Of a DNA stretch of 64,000 nt, positions 9,848 to 18,721 are shown in pieces. The DNA is taken from positions 862,324 through 926,323 of the forward strand of contig CP070761.1 in NCBI GenBank assembly GCA_020348985.1, given 5' to 3'. The stretch comes from Candidatus Thorarchaeota archaeon (GTDB taxonomy: Archaea > Asgardarchaeota > Thorarchaeia > Thorarchaeales > Thorarchaeaceae). The position numbers and the translations under genes are program-made. The first letter of the stretch is position 1, and each line of letters starts with the position of its first letter. The notes under the pieces are model-generated. The model had not been told where the DNA came from. It saw only the letters and a list, made by a program, of their open reading frames with translations, and made no database searches.

Positions 9848-12010
9848 ATGCTACTAATGAAAGGAAGCTTCATTGGTCTTACAATCTTTGCCCTGCTGGG
9901 CTTGATTACATCCGGCACATTGGTCACCTCGCCGGCAGTTTTCTTCGCAAAGACTCCTGCACAAAGTCTTGAGTTCTCTCAAGAGAACATCTACACCTTC
10001 TATCAAGGCGGCACTCTCGACTCAATTCAAGTGGTGAGATACGAAACTCTGTCAGACGCATTGGCCGCAGTCAATTCTGGCGATGCAGATCTGTTCGGAC
10101 ACCTGATAGAGCCTGAAGACTATGATCTAGTAGGGGGGTTTCCTGATCTCAATCTTCAGTGGGCACACGATACGAGAATAACGATGTTAGCCATCAATGC
10201 TGGATCTCATCTTCTCGGGAACTACCATTTGAGACGTGCAATAGCATTTGCAATTAACAAGACCGAATTGAGCTCAAACTCTATGAATGGAATTGTTGAC
10301 CCCGTGGACTTCCTGGTTCCTCTAAACAACGAGTTTTCCCCAGAGGAATCCGATGGAGGTCTCTTCTACGACTCCGACATTGGCCAAGCTCATGCTGAAC
10401 TTGCGGCAGCGGGGATGCTAGACGTGGACAGTGATGGTGTCGTAGAGGGTCCTGATGGCAGCGAATTCCAGTTCGGGCTGTGGTACCCCGAAGATGTTTC
10501 TGGATACAATGCGAGCGCTCAAGCTATCTCATCTGACCTTTTCAGTGTGGGAATAAACAATACTCTTGTTCCAATGAATTTCTCCACTCTTCAGAGTCAG
10601 ATTGGAAATCATACCCTGACGTATGACCTCGCATTGTATGAAGAAGAGCTTCCGAGGTACGGATTTGAGTGGGCTGCAACAACATTCGAATATGATCCCT
10701 GGCCCATTGATGGTAAGAATATAGCAAACGTGAACGATGAAGTTCTGAACTCGATAGCTACGGAATTCATTGCGTCTATTGACCTTGATGAAATCAAGTC
10801 AAACGCAAGAAATATGCTAGTCGCAGTGAGGGATAGGTGTCCCGTTATCCCGTTATTCGCCCACAGATGGCTTTCGGTTTACAATGATGTGAATTTCGAG
10901 GACTGGGTTGACGAAACAAACGGGGGGGCATTCAGTATCTGGAATCCAGTCAGCATCTCTGTGCGTCCTGGTGCCGAGAACGAACTGGTCGTTGCAGTCC
11001 TTTCGGACTTCTTCAATGACTTCTTCACATCTCTCAATCCCTTTGGATCGGGTACTGCTGTAGATCAAGACTGGCTTATCAAACAGTTCAATCCTTACAT
11101 GCTTGTCTACGATTCGCCACTTGCCACAATGCCCGATGGGACAGCAGTTCCGAGGCACGCAACTTCCTGGGAGATGCTCTTTCTCGGTCAAGTGTCAGAT
11201 CTAGCCGCACATCAAACACGCGCTCGTTTCTATTGCGACTCACAAGCCACTTGGACCGATGGCGTTCAGATGAACGCAGAAGACTACAGGTTTACCTATG
11301 AGTTCTATGCAAACAATTCCCTCGTAGAGAATCCAACGCTAATAGAAGAGGTCAAAGTAACTGGGGACTACATCGCAGGAGTCACATACAACACAAGAGA
11401 CATCTTCTCCTATCGAATTCTGGGTTCGCTGCCTATTCTTCCTCAACACATTTGGGAGGGTATGGACCCAGAGACCTGGTCTCCAACAGTACAGGACTCT
11501 TTGGGTTCAGGACCATTCACAATAACTGCATTCACCTCTAATTCCTCACTGACAATGTCCAGAAACAACCAATACTACCCAGAGGCAGACACGAGTCCGC
11601 CAACACTACTGGGTATCACAATCATTCCCGAGAATCCGATTCCAGCTGATAGTGTTGTGTTTCGTGTCTTCGTTGATGACAGGAGTAGAGTATCAAATGT
11701 GACTCTCGATTATGTGTATAGCATTGGACAAATAAACTTCACAGAATCGCAACTAATGATTTTAGGTGCCCAGGGTTACGAAGCAACAATCCCGGCAAGA
11801 GTAACTGCGAATGCAGTGACATACGAGATTACTGCTACAGATTTCTGGGGTAACAGCGCAGTGATAGCAGAAGGCTCCTACAGTAGACAAACAACAAGCG
11901 TGCCTGGCGGCCTTGAACAGCTGACACCTTATTTTGTTGGCATATCCCTTGTTCTGGCCGTTCTGGCAATCGTAGTAATGGTCGTAATCTATCGGGAATT
12001 AGGGTCATAA
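9848..12010 (+). CDS. Membrane-anchored ABC peptide-binding protein (family 5), circularly permuted, with C-terminal Ig-like domain
   Basis: LRRAIAFAINK, WTDG..MNAEDYRFT and GSGPF motifs, plus N-terminal signal and C-terminal TM. Confidence 0.85.
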   Translation: MLLMKGSFIGLTIFALLGLITSGTLVTSPAVFFAKTPAQSLEFSQENIYTFYQGGTLDSIQVVRYETLSDALAAVNSGDADLFGHLIEPEDYDLVGGFPDLNLQWAHDTRITMLAINAGSHLLGNYHLRRAIAFAINKTELSSNSMNGIVDPVDFLVPLNNEFSPEESDGGLFYDSDIGQAHAELAAAGMLDVDSDGVVEGPDGSEFQFGLWYPEDVSGYNASAQAISSDLFSVGINNTLVPMNFSTLQSQIGNHTLTYDLALYEEELPRYGFEWAATTFEYDPWPIDGKNIANVNDEVLNSIATEFIASIDLDEIKSNARNMLVAVRDRCPVIPLFAHRWLSVYNDVNFEDWVDETNGGAFSIWNPVSISVRPGAENELVVAVLSDFFNDFFTSLNPFGSGTAVDQDWLIKQFNPYMLVYDSPLATMPDGTAVPRHATSWEMLFLGQVSDLAAHQTRARFYCDSQATWTDGVQMNAEDYRFTYEFYANNSLVENPTLIEEVKVTGDYIAGVTYNTRDIFSYRILGSLPILPQHIWEGMDPETWSPTVQDSLGSGPFTITAFTSNSSLTMSRNNQYYPEADTSPPTLLGITIIPENPIPADSVVFRVFVDDRSRVSNVTLDYVYSIGQINFTESQLMILGAQGYEATIPARVTANAVTYEITATDFWGNSAVIAEGSYSRQTTSVPGGLEQLTPYFVGISLVLAVLAIVVMVVIYRELGS

Positions 12011-12011
12011 T

Positions 12012-13559
12012 CTATTGGGAAGGACGTCGCCTCACGACCATGATGACAAGAAGAACCAGTCCGACAACGCCAACTCCAGCAACCAAAAGCAAGGGTCCAT
12101 ACAAAGTAATTGGGTTTGAAGGCCAGATTGACTCAAGCTCGTTTCCTGCGGCCAACCAAGAGTCAGCGATACCAAGAAGATGGTTTGATATGATGTCCAG
12201 TTCAGCCGTGAATTGCTCAAGTGTTTCACCTAGTGGGTCTTCAGAAGAGCCAGCCTCCACAGTGGCATTGAACTCCTCTGCGATATCAAAAAACGTCCCG
12301 AATACTAACGAGTCACGTTCTGAAATGCCCCCTGGATTCACAAGGCTTCTATTGTCGGCCATTGCTACAAAGTGTGGCAATGCCTCTTCGCCAGCCGCGA
12401 TGAACTCAGACAAATCATAGTCCGGCATTAGAGTCTGAATTGATTCCAGTGCTGCTCTGTAAGAGAGATACTGAAGGGTCAACTGAGCCTCCAGACCGAT
12501 TCCAATGGCCACAAAGGCTATCGCAAGAAACTCTTCAGGATTCTCCCAGGACCAAAACTGGGACAAGTACTCTTCAAGTCCAGCAGATGTCATGTCGGAA
12601 CTTAGGGCACGAAATCCAGTCTCTCCGAAAGAGCCAATCAATGCGTCCGGGCTGTCGGGGGCGTAGGTCTGGGGATTGCCCAACAATCGGTCTCTTATGG
12701 CTGGTCCAAGTATGGAACCCACGTCCTCAGGTCCTTCTCCATTCTGTCGGATTTCCAGAGTTATGTAGTATCTGTTCGCCCAAGCACTATTCAATGCCGT
12801 ATAGGTTATCTCCGAGTAGTTGCCTCTTCCATCATCAGGATAGCCAAATTCTTCTCCAAATGAACCAACACCAGGGTCGGATATGTAGGCGATTCCTAAT
12901 GTTTTGTTGTAACCCACCACAACTACGCCGTGTCCGCCTCCCGTGATTCCTTGTTCTCTGAGAATATCATAGTCGTCAGCCGGTAGCCAAGCAGGGTCGA
13001 CGCTAATCACAAGTGGATATCCATTGTCGATCGATTCTTCTATCAAGCTAAAGGCATCGTTCTCTCCGTCAAGCAAGCCTACATTTACTCCCCAGGATTC
13101 GTATACGTCTATGACGTTCCCGATGCCAGGAGAATCACTGGACAGATACAGGGTGAGATTCAGGCCATAGAGTTGCGACAGTAGAAGTGTTGATCCAAGC
13201 TGGTCATAAAGTGCACCCGGAAGCATAGTCAACGTCTCTTGGTAGTTGAAGTAGGCCCATGAGAACCCTATCGTTGATGCCGCGAAGACGTCATGAAGGT
13301 CCAAAGGAACACCGGCATGTTGAACCACCATAGAAGTTGCGGCCCATGCGCAGAACCCGTTAATCTCTTGCCATACGTATGGAACATCCTGAAGGACAAT
13401 GGCACCGTCAGCTGCGATGGAATTGGTCGTTGATCCTACGCTAGCAGCTGAAGAGGTTGTCGACAAGGGTCTCGGCGAGACCACCAATATCATGAACAGA
13501 ATTGCGGCAACTCTGAGAGACCTCAATGTGCTTCTTGTCCCTTGTCTTGTCAACATCAT
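12012..13559 (-). CDS. Secreted, C-terminally anchored C39-like cysteine peptidase
   Basis: VPYVWQEINGFCAWAA (Gln/Cys), GHGVVVVGY (His), ISDPG (Asp). Signal peptide and a C-terminal TM followed by RRR. Confidence 0.85.
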   Translation of the reverse strand: MMLTRQGTRSTLRSLRVAAILFMILVVSPRPLSTTSSAASVGSTTNSIAADGAIVLQDVPYVWQEINGFCAWAATSMVVQHAGVPLDLHDVFAASTIGFSWAYFNYQETLTMLPGALYDQLGSTLLLSQLYGLNLTLYLSSDSPGIGNVIDVYESWGVNVGLLDGENDAFSLIEESIDNGYPLVISVDPAWLPADDYDILREQGITGGGHGVVVVGYNKTLGIAYISDPGVGSFGEEFGYPDDGRGNYSEITYTALNSAWANRYYITLEIRQNGEGPEDVGSILGPAIRDRLLGNPQTYAPDSPDALIGSFGETGFRALSSDMTSAGLEEYLSQFWSWENPEEFLAIAFVAIGIGLEAQLTLQYLSYRAALESIQTLMPDYDLSEFIAAGEEALPHFVAMADNRSLVNPGGISERDSLVFGTFFDIAEEFNATVEAGSSEDPLGETLEQFTAELDIISNHLLGIADSWLAAGNELESIWPSNPITLYGPLLLVAGVGVVGLVLLVIMVVRRRPSQ

Positions 13560-13582
13560 ATAGAACTGTCGATGGAGGCGTG

Positions 13583-13607
13583 GACCGTCCAGTCATACTG
13601 GACGGTC
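13583..13607. repeat. Perfect 11-bp inverted repeat GACCGTCCAGT-cat-ACTGGACGGTC
   Basis: Read directly, in the 57-nt gap between the DUF3160 and C39 peptidase genes. Confidence 0.9.
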
Positions 13608-13616
13608 ACTTTCAGG

Positions 13617-15860
13617 CTAATGAAGGTCGAATCTTGACGAATCTGCTACCTCAATGGCAAGAGCGCCATTACCCAAACTGGCAACGAAGCTGCTCGTCCA
13701 CTCAGGCATTGCCGGCTCCGACCCTTCTTCCAATATAGCCTGCCAAGCCTCGTCTGTTAGTCTATCACTCATGGGTTGCGCAAACTCGTAGTAGGAAAAT
13801 GTGCCGCCTCTTGTCAAGACGACTTCACCATTTATGAGGACGGCTACATAGATGAGCATCGGGTAACCGACCGCCTCCTCAAGTACTGTTCCAGAGTTAG
13901 CATCAGTATGGACATCCGCGATGACTGCCATACTATCGTCGGCATCTGAAGTAATCTGCTCATCATTAGGCATGGTTACAATCTCACTAAGGATCATTCC
14001 ACTGTTCTCAATCAAGCCAACCTCTGTTTCATTGAGTGATTGGCCAGTTAGTTCCTTTATGGAGATCTCACGCAGTGACTCCAGAAAATGAAGCAGAGTT
14101 GCGAGTCTGAGTGCAATGACTTCTGAGAGGAGAGATCTCTCATCAAGACCGTCAATCATCATACTGCACAAGGATGCCAATCTTCCATAGACATGGGGCA
14201 CAGGTTCCACGTAACCCTGACCTGGAGAGGGTGGAACAGACGTCTCGTAAGTGTAGGACTGTTTTGCATATAGAATGGTGTCGTGACGCAGTTCGGCCCA
14301 TGAACCTAGGGCGGTCATTAACTGCTTGTCAACCCAGGCCTCACTTTGCATGAATAACGGGTAGCCTTCTCCAGGATCACTTAGAAGAGGGAGCAAACTA
14401 TAGAGCCAAAGATAGTAGAGATTTTTGGTCCATTCGGCGACCGTGATGTTTTCAACCATATCCCAAAGCATTTCCATTTGCTCAACATAGTTGGGATAGT
14501 GTTTCTGATCGTCCAGAAGCTCCCAAGCCCTATCGGAGCCGAGAGCAGCCATTACATCAAGTCCTTTTGGCATCATTCTTCCCCCAACATGCTCGAAGAC
14601 TAGTTGACCCAGAATGTAGCTGTCAGGAATGAAGCGCTGACCCATGAATCGAAGTCCCTTGGTTTTGTTGAGACCTTCTCCTGCGGCAAGACTCGTTGAC
14701 AGAATCGTTGGATCTCTTAATAGGACTGCAGCCTCAATGAATTCAGAGAGAAGCTGATCATTGTCCAATGCAGTGAGCACAACTTCTGTCCCATATATAT
14801 CGGCAATGAGATTCAAATACTCAGTCGGTAGCAAGTCGTCGGCATCTCCGACAAAGAAGACAGTGGGTTGATAGACTGCCTCCCACACTTCATAACCAGT
14901 GACTCCTGGCGGAAGAGTATCTATCTCGTCTTGAAGTGCCAACGTAACTAGTATTGCCTGTGCGGTCTCGTCAAATCCCTTTGGATTAGGTGACAGGATA
15001 CCATCCGGGATGAGACGGAACACAATCCGTCCGTACCACATCAGAGCCTTGAAGTATCTTTCCAAGAGCTCGCTTCTCGTGTAGTGACCTCTCGGCACGT
15101 ACTGGCTGAAATCTTCGTCATAGCCCATGAACCATTCATTGGATATTCCAGCATGAGCGTCAATCAAGGAGATTACTTCATCGACGAGCTCAATCACTTC
15201 TGAGGGGATTGTGGCATCATCATCTAGCAGTTTCAGAGTAACCGAAAAGTATGCCACATTTCGAAGAGCTGCATCACTCCATCGTCCTTCTGGGGCGCCT
15301 AGGTACTGCTCATAGGATGATTCCAGCATGGAAACCGTAAGATTCCCAATGAGATCCCAGAATGAATACACCTCAACTTCTCGCAATGCAAGATCATACA
15401 ACACATGAAACGCATGCAATACCGCATCTGACGACACGAATGATGGGAACAGACTGTCATTGTTGTCTTCAAGGATTTCGTGAATCTGCTTGAACTGGAA
15501 CTGCGGCACTGCAGCAAATCCGTTTTGCTCAATCAGTGTTATCACCGAGGTTCCTAACGCAGGATAAGAAGCGAGATTGACTACGTTCGATAGCCCAGGG
15601 GATACTGAGTATTCAGGAGCATTGGGGGTGATATCCTCATCATACGGAACGAAGTCTGCAAAACTGGTTGGCACAATCGTGTCTATGGTATAGAATGGAA
15701 CGTTCGGGTGACCATCAGGGATAATCCCTGGTGGGAAGCCACCAAGAAGAAAAAGGCTCATCACCAGACTGGTAGCAAGAATCCCAGAGATTAGTCCACT
15801 CGCAACCATTTTGCTCTTCGTTTGTGTATCAATTGTCTTGATTATCCGGTGCGGCATCAT
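13617..15860 (-). CDS. DUF3160 domain protein, N-terminally anchored
   Basis: DFSQYVPRGHYT, WAELRHDTILYAKQSY, GYVEP, IADVH, SYYEF, RLTDEAW. Start trimmed from 15974. Confidence 0.88.
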   Translation of the reverse strand: MMPHRIIKTIDTQTKSKMVASGLISGILATSLVMSLFLLGGFPPGIIPDGHPNVPFYTIDTIVPTSFADFVPYDEDITPNAPEYSVSPGLSNVVNLASYPALGTSVITLIEQNGFAAVPQFQFKQIHEILEDNNDSLFPSFVSSDAVLHAFHVLYDLALREVEVYSFWDLIGNLTVSMLESSYEQYLGAPEGRWSDAALRNVAYFSVTLKLLDDDATIPSEVIELVDEVISLIDAHAGISNEWFMGYDEDFSQYVPRGHYTRSELLERYFKALMWYGRIVFRLIPDGILSPNPKGFDETAQAILVTLALQDEIDTLPPGVTGYEVWEAVYQPTVFFVGDADDLLPTEYLNLIADIYGTEVVLTALDNDQLLSEFIEAAVLLRDPTILSTSLAAGEGLNKTKGLRFMGQRFIPDSYILGQLVFEHVGGRMMPKGLDVMAALGSDRAWELLDDQKHYPNYVEQMEMLWDMVENITVAEWTKNLYYLWLYSLLPLLSDPGEGYPLFMQSEAWVDKQLMTALGSWAELRHDTILYAKQSYTYETSVPPSPGQGYVEPVPHVYGRLASLCSMMIDGLDERSLLSEVIALRLATLLHFLESLREISIKELTGQSLNETEVGLIENSGMILSEIVTMPNDEQITSDADDSMAVIADVHTDANSGTVLEEAVGYPMLIYVAVLINGEVVLTRGGTFSYYEFAQPMSDRLTDEAWQAILEEGSEPAMPEWTSSFVASLGNGALAIEVADSSRFDLH

Positions 15861-15891
15861 ACTTTCAGAAGAGTACAGATTGTACTTAGTA

Positions 15892-15958
15892 CCATAGTTT
15901 AGAACGACCAAGGCGGAATTGGCCAGGCGATTGAGGGCGGCTGTCCATAGATTAGAAC
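15892..15958. promoter_or_regulatory. Direct repeat CCATAG(T/A)TTAGAAC x2, candidate operator
   Basis: Copies at 15892-15905 and 15945-15958, 13/14 identical and 53 bp apart, in a divergent intergenic region. Confidence 0.55.
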
Positions 15959-16038
15959 AGGCAACTCTGGGCAACAGTTTACAGCGAAGGATAATGTTAA
16001 TTGGTCGGGCAAATGGTCACAGCGTGGGGAGACTCGAC

Positions 16039-16491
16039 TTGTCCCAGAGCTCAGATGACGAAGATCTTGAACCAGCCCTCAGAGGCACCACCCTACGCGT
16101 ATACTGGTTCATGCTCCAAGAGGGAAATCCGGTCGGTGTTCGTCAGGTTCAGAGAGCGCTCGGCATGTCAAGCCCCTCAGTAGCGAGTCATCATCTGTCC
16201 AAGCTCGAATCACTTGAGTTAGTGGAGAAAGGACCTGACAATTCCTACGAGCTAAAGAGAATTGTGAAGGTAGGAGTCCTCAAGAACTTCGTCACATTTC
16301 GGGGAGTGATGCTCCCTAGGTATGCATTCTTTGCTGTGTTTTTCACTGCATTTACAACGGCATATCTTGTCATTGCATCTATGACCTCAGTTACTTTGTT
16401 TGACCGGTACGTTGCAATGGCTGTGGGTATAGCGGGCGCCGTTTTTGGTTGGCTTGAGACCTATCGACTATGGAAGCTGAAATTCGCCTAA
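16039..16491 (+). CDS. Membrane-anchored winged-helix transcriptional regulator
   Basis: LRGTTLRVYW...GVRQVQRALGMSSPSVASHHLSKL (wHTH) followed by two TM helices. TTG 16039 is the probable start. Confidence 0.8.
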   Translation: MSQSSDDEDLEPALRGTTLRVYWFMLQEGNPVGVRQVQRALGMSSPSVASHHLSKLESLELVEKGPDNSYELKRIVKVGVLKNFVTFRGVMLPRYAFFAVFFTAFTTAYLVIASMTSVTLFDRYVAMAVGIAGAVFGWLETYRLWKLKFA

Positions 16492-16569
16492 TGCGGCCTT
16501 TGGAGGATAGGACCTGGAGAGCAATCTTTATTCGCATTATAGCCTGACGCTTTCGAAGCCAGAGGTAGA

Positions 16570-17655
16570 ATGATGAACTACCACCTAGTCTTGACAAGGA
16601 GATGCAATCTGAACTGCTCCTATTGTCGAGGCGGCGAGGAAGATGGCCCTAATTCCGATATTCAGTACTCGTTGGATGATCTCAAACGGTTTCTACAGAC
16701 GGACCGTAATTTGCAGATTATGTTCTACGGTGGTGAGCCCACCCTCCGCATTCCGCTCATGCTAGACATTATGGGCCGGTTTGACGGCGCAAGGTTCATG
16801 CTACAGACAAACGCACTACTCCTGAACAAGATTCCGTTTGACCATGTGAAGAAGTTTCATTCAATTCTAGTATCGATTGACGGTCCAAGAGGAACAACGG
16901 ATGGATACAGATCTGCCGGCGTCTATGATAGAGTTGTAGGAAACGTACGATGGCTTAGGTCAAACGGATTCGAAGGTGACATTATTGCACGGATGGCGAT
17001 ATCAGAGCAAAGCGATGTCTATCGAGATGTGAGGCACCTCTTGGATCTGACGGACCCGTCTTTCGATCATGTCCATTGGCAGCTAAACGTTGTGTGGGAT
17101 GCAGAGGACAACTGGACCGATTTCGATGGTTGGATTCGCACAGTCTACAAACCGGGGATAGAAAGGCTAGCCAGAGAATGGGTTGAAAGGATGGAATTTG
17201 GAATAGTCGAAGGGATTGTCCCCTTCTTGCCCATTATGCATGGTCTTCTGACAGGAGAAAGCTCAGGTCTCAGGTGTGGGTCTGGGATTGACACTTTCGC
17301 GATCCATGTAGATGGACGAATAGGAGTGTGCCCAATATCACCGGATTGGGACTTTTCCATTGTAGGTGACATTTGGGAATCCAGTCCTGCAGATCTGAAG
17401 GACACGATGTCAGTGGATGAGCCGTGTCCGAGCTGCGGCGAATTCGAATTATGCGGAGGTAGGTGTCTCTTTGCCAACAAGGAAAGACTCTGGGGAGAGG
17501 AGGGCTTCAAGAAAGTCTGCGGAACTGTGGAGCACCTCATAGGTCGCTTGAGGAGTAAGGTTCCTAAGGTCCAGAGCTTCATTGACGATGGGCGCATTTC
17601 TCTTCAAGACTTCAGCTACCCAGAATTCAATAACGGCTGCGAGATTGTGCCATAG
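16570..17655 (+). CDS. Radical SAM/SPASM protein, TIGR04084-type archaeal family
   Basis: CNLNCSYC, FYGGEP, QTN, SIDG, CGSG...CP...CxxC..CGGRC, and terminal NGCEIVP. Confidence 0.9.
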   Translation: MMNYHLVLTRRCNLNCSYCRGGEEDGPNSDIQYSLDDLKRFLQTDRNLQIMFYGGEPTLRIPLMLDIMGRFDGARFMLQTNALLLNKIPFDHVKKFHSILVSIDGPRGTTDGYRSAGVYDRVVGNVRWLRSNGFEGDIIARMAISEQSDVYRDVRHLLDLTDPSFDHVHWQLNVVWDAEDNWTDFDGWIRTVYKPGIERLAREWVERMEFGIVEGIVPFLPIMHGLLTGESSGLRCGSGIDTFAIHVDGRIGVCPISPDWDFSIVGDIWESSPADLKDTMSVDEPCPSCGEFELCGGRCLFANKERLWGEEGFKKVCGTVEHLIGRLRSKVPKVQSFIDDGRISLQDFSYPEFNNGCEIVP

Positions 17656-17669
17656 TAAGGATAAGTCTT

Positions 17670-18224
17670 CTAGAGGTCTTCTTCTTCAACAACCTCAGGT
17701 TCTCGTAGGTCCTTCATCATGACGATGATCTCTTCCTTATTTCGCTTCAAACGTTTGGTCTCAACGTATCCTAGTCTCTGGAAGAAAGTTCCCTGATACT
17801 CAATGTATCCGTAGACCTCAATCTCAACGCAAGTTGCATTCATGTGCTCAAGTAGATTTTCAGCATATTCAACCATTAGCGTTCCTATGCTCCTCTTACG
17901 AAACTTCGATCTGACAGCAAGTCTTTCGATGACCCCTACGGTTCCACTCATGCTAACCCTCATAGTTCCTACAACAAGTTCGCCAACGAGAGCCACGTAG
18001 ATGTTGCCCATCTGGATGTGTCTCGAAATCTTCCCAAGTCCTTCATCTAGTGCGGCCGGAGTCCTAGAGAGCCTTTTCTTGACTGGTTTGTAGGCTTCGG
18101 CAATGATGGACTTGACTAGGTCCACCTCTCCGAGCTCTGCTCTCCTAATTGTGACTTCGGCGTAATTGTAAATTGGGTGAACCCCCTGAATCGCACTTCT
18201 CCAGTGTATGTCGCAAATCATCAT
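17670..18224 (-). CDS. GNAT N-acetyltransferase
   Basis: IERLAVRSKFRKRSIGTLM (motif A) and FFQRLGY. The true start is probably somewhat downstream. Confidence 0.85.
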   Translation of the reverse strand: MMICDIHWRSAIQGVHPIYNYAEVTIRRAELGEVDLVKSIIAEAYKPVKKRLSRTPAALDEGLGKISRHIQMGNIYVALVGELVVGTMRVSMSGTVGVIERLAVRSKFRKRSIGTLMVEYAENLLEHMNATCVEIEVYGYIEYQGTFFQRLGYVETKRLKRNKEEIIVMMKDLREPEVVEEEDL

Positions 18225-18387
18225 AAATGATTTGGGCGCGGCACAAGTGGGCAGTTCAGGTCATCGATGTTTGGTAGATGGCACTCTCGTAGCCAGAATC
18301 CATGGCCAAGAAAGCCGTAAGTACGACTAGCCAACACTTATGTCTGTGTCTGCAAAACACATTGTTGTTTACCGAGGAGGTAGGCCT

Positions 18388-18537
18388 ATGGGAGAAGAAG
18401 AAAATGATGATGAAGTTGTAGATTCTCAGAAGATGAGCTCACGTGACAAGAAAGAGCTTCAAGAAGGGCTCTGCGTCAATTGTGCAATTGTGTCTGTGGT
18501 TCTCTCATTCCTGCTTACGCTTCTTATGGTTCTTTGA
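18388..18537 (+). CDS. Small tail-anchored membrane protein (49 aa)
   Basis: Strong SD GAGGAGG at 18374-18380. Acidic N-terminus, CxxC, hydrophobic C-terminus. Confidence 0.6.
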   Translation: MGEEENDDEVVDSQKMSSRDKKELQEGLCVNCAIVSVVLSFLLTLLMVL

Positions 18538-18721
18538 CATAGGGAGACTTGTGCCCCGAGTGCTGTTCCACCTTTAATACTTGAAACAGAGGAAGAGAAA
18601 GCAAGACAGGCACAATCAAGAAAGAGAAGGGAGGAGGGTCTTTAGAAGCGAGATTTGGGACCCATTGAATGGTAGTTGCATTATCCAATCAGAGTGTACC
18701 ACTTCTAGGTGGTTATGGTCA

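Noticed and set aside
18240-18555. 9-bp inverted repeat GGCACAAGT/ACTTGTGCC flanking the microprotein (MITE-like?)
   Set aside because: Too short, no target-site duplication and no transposase. Plausible by chance.
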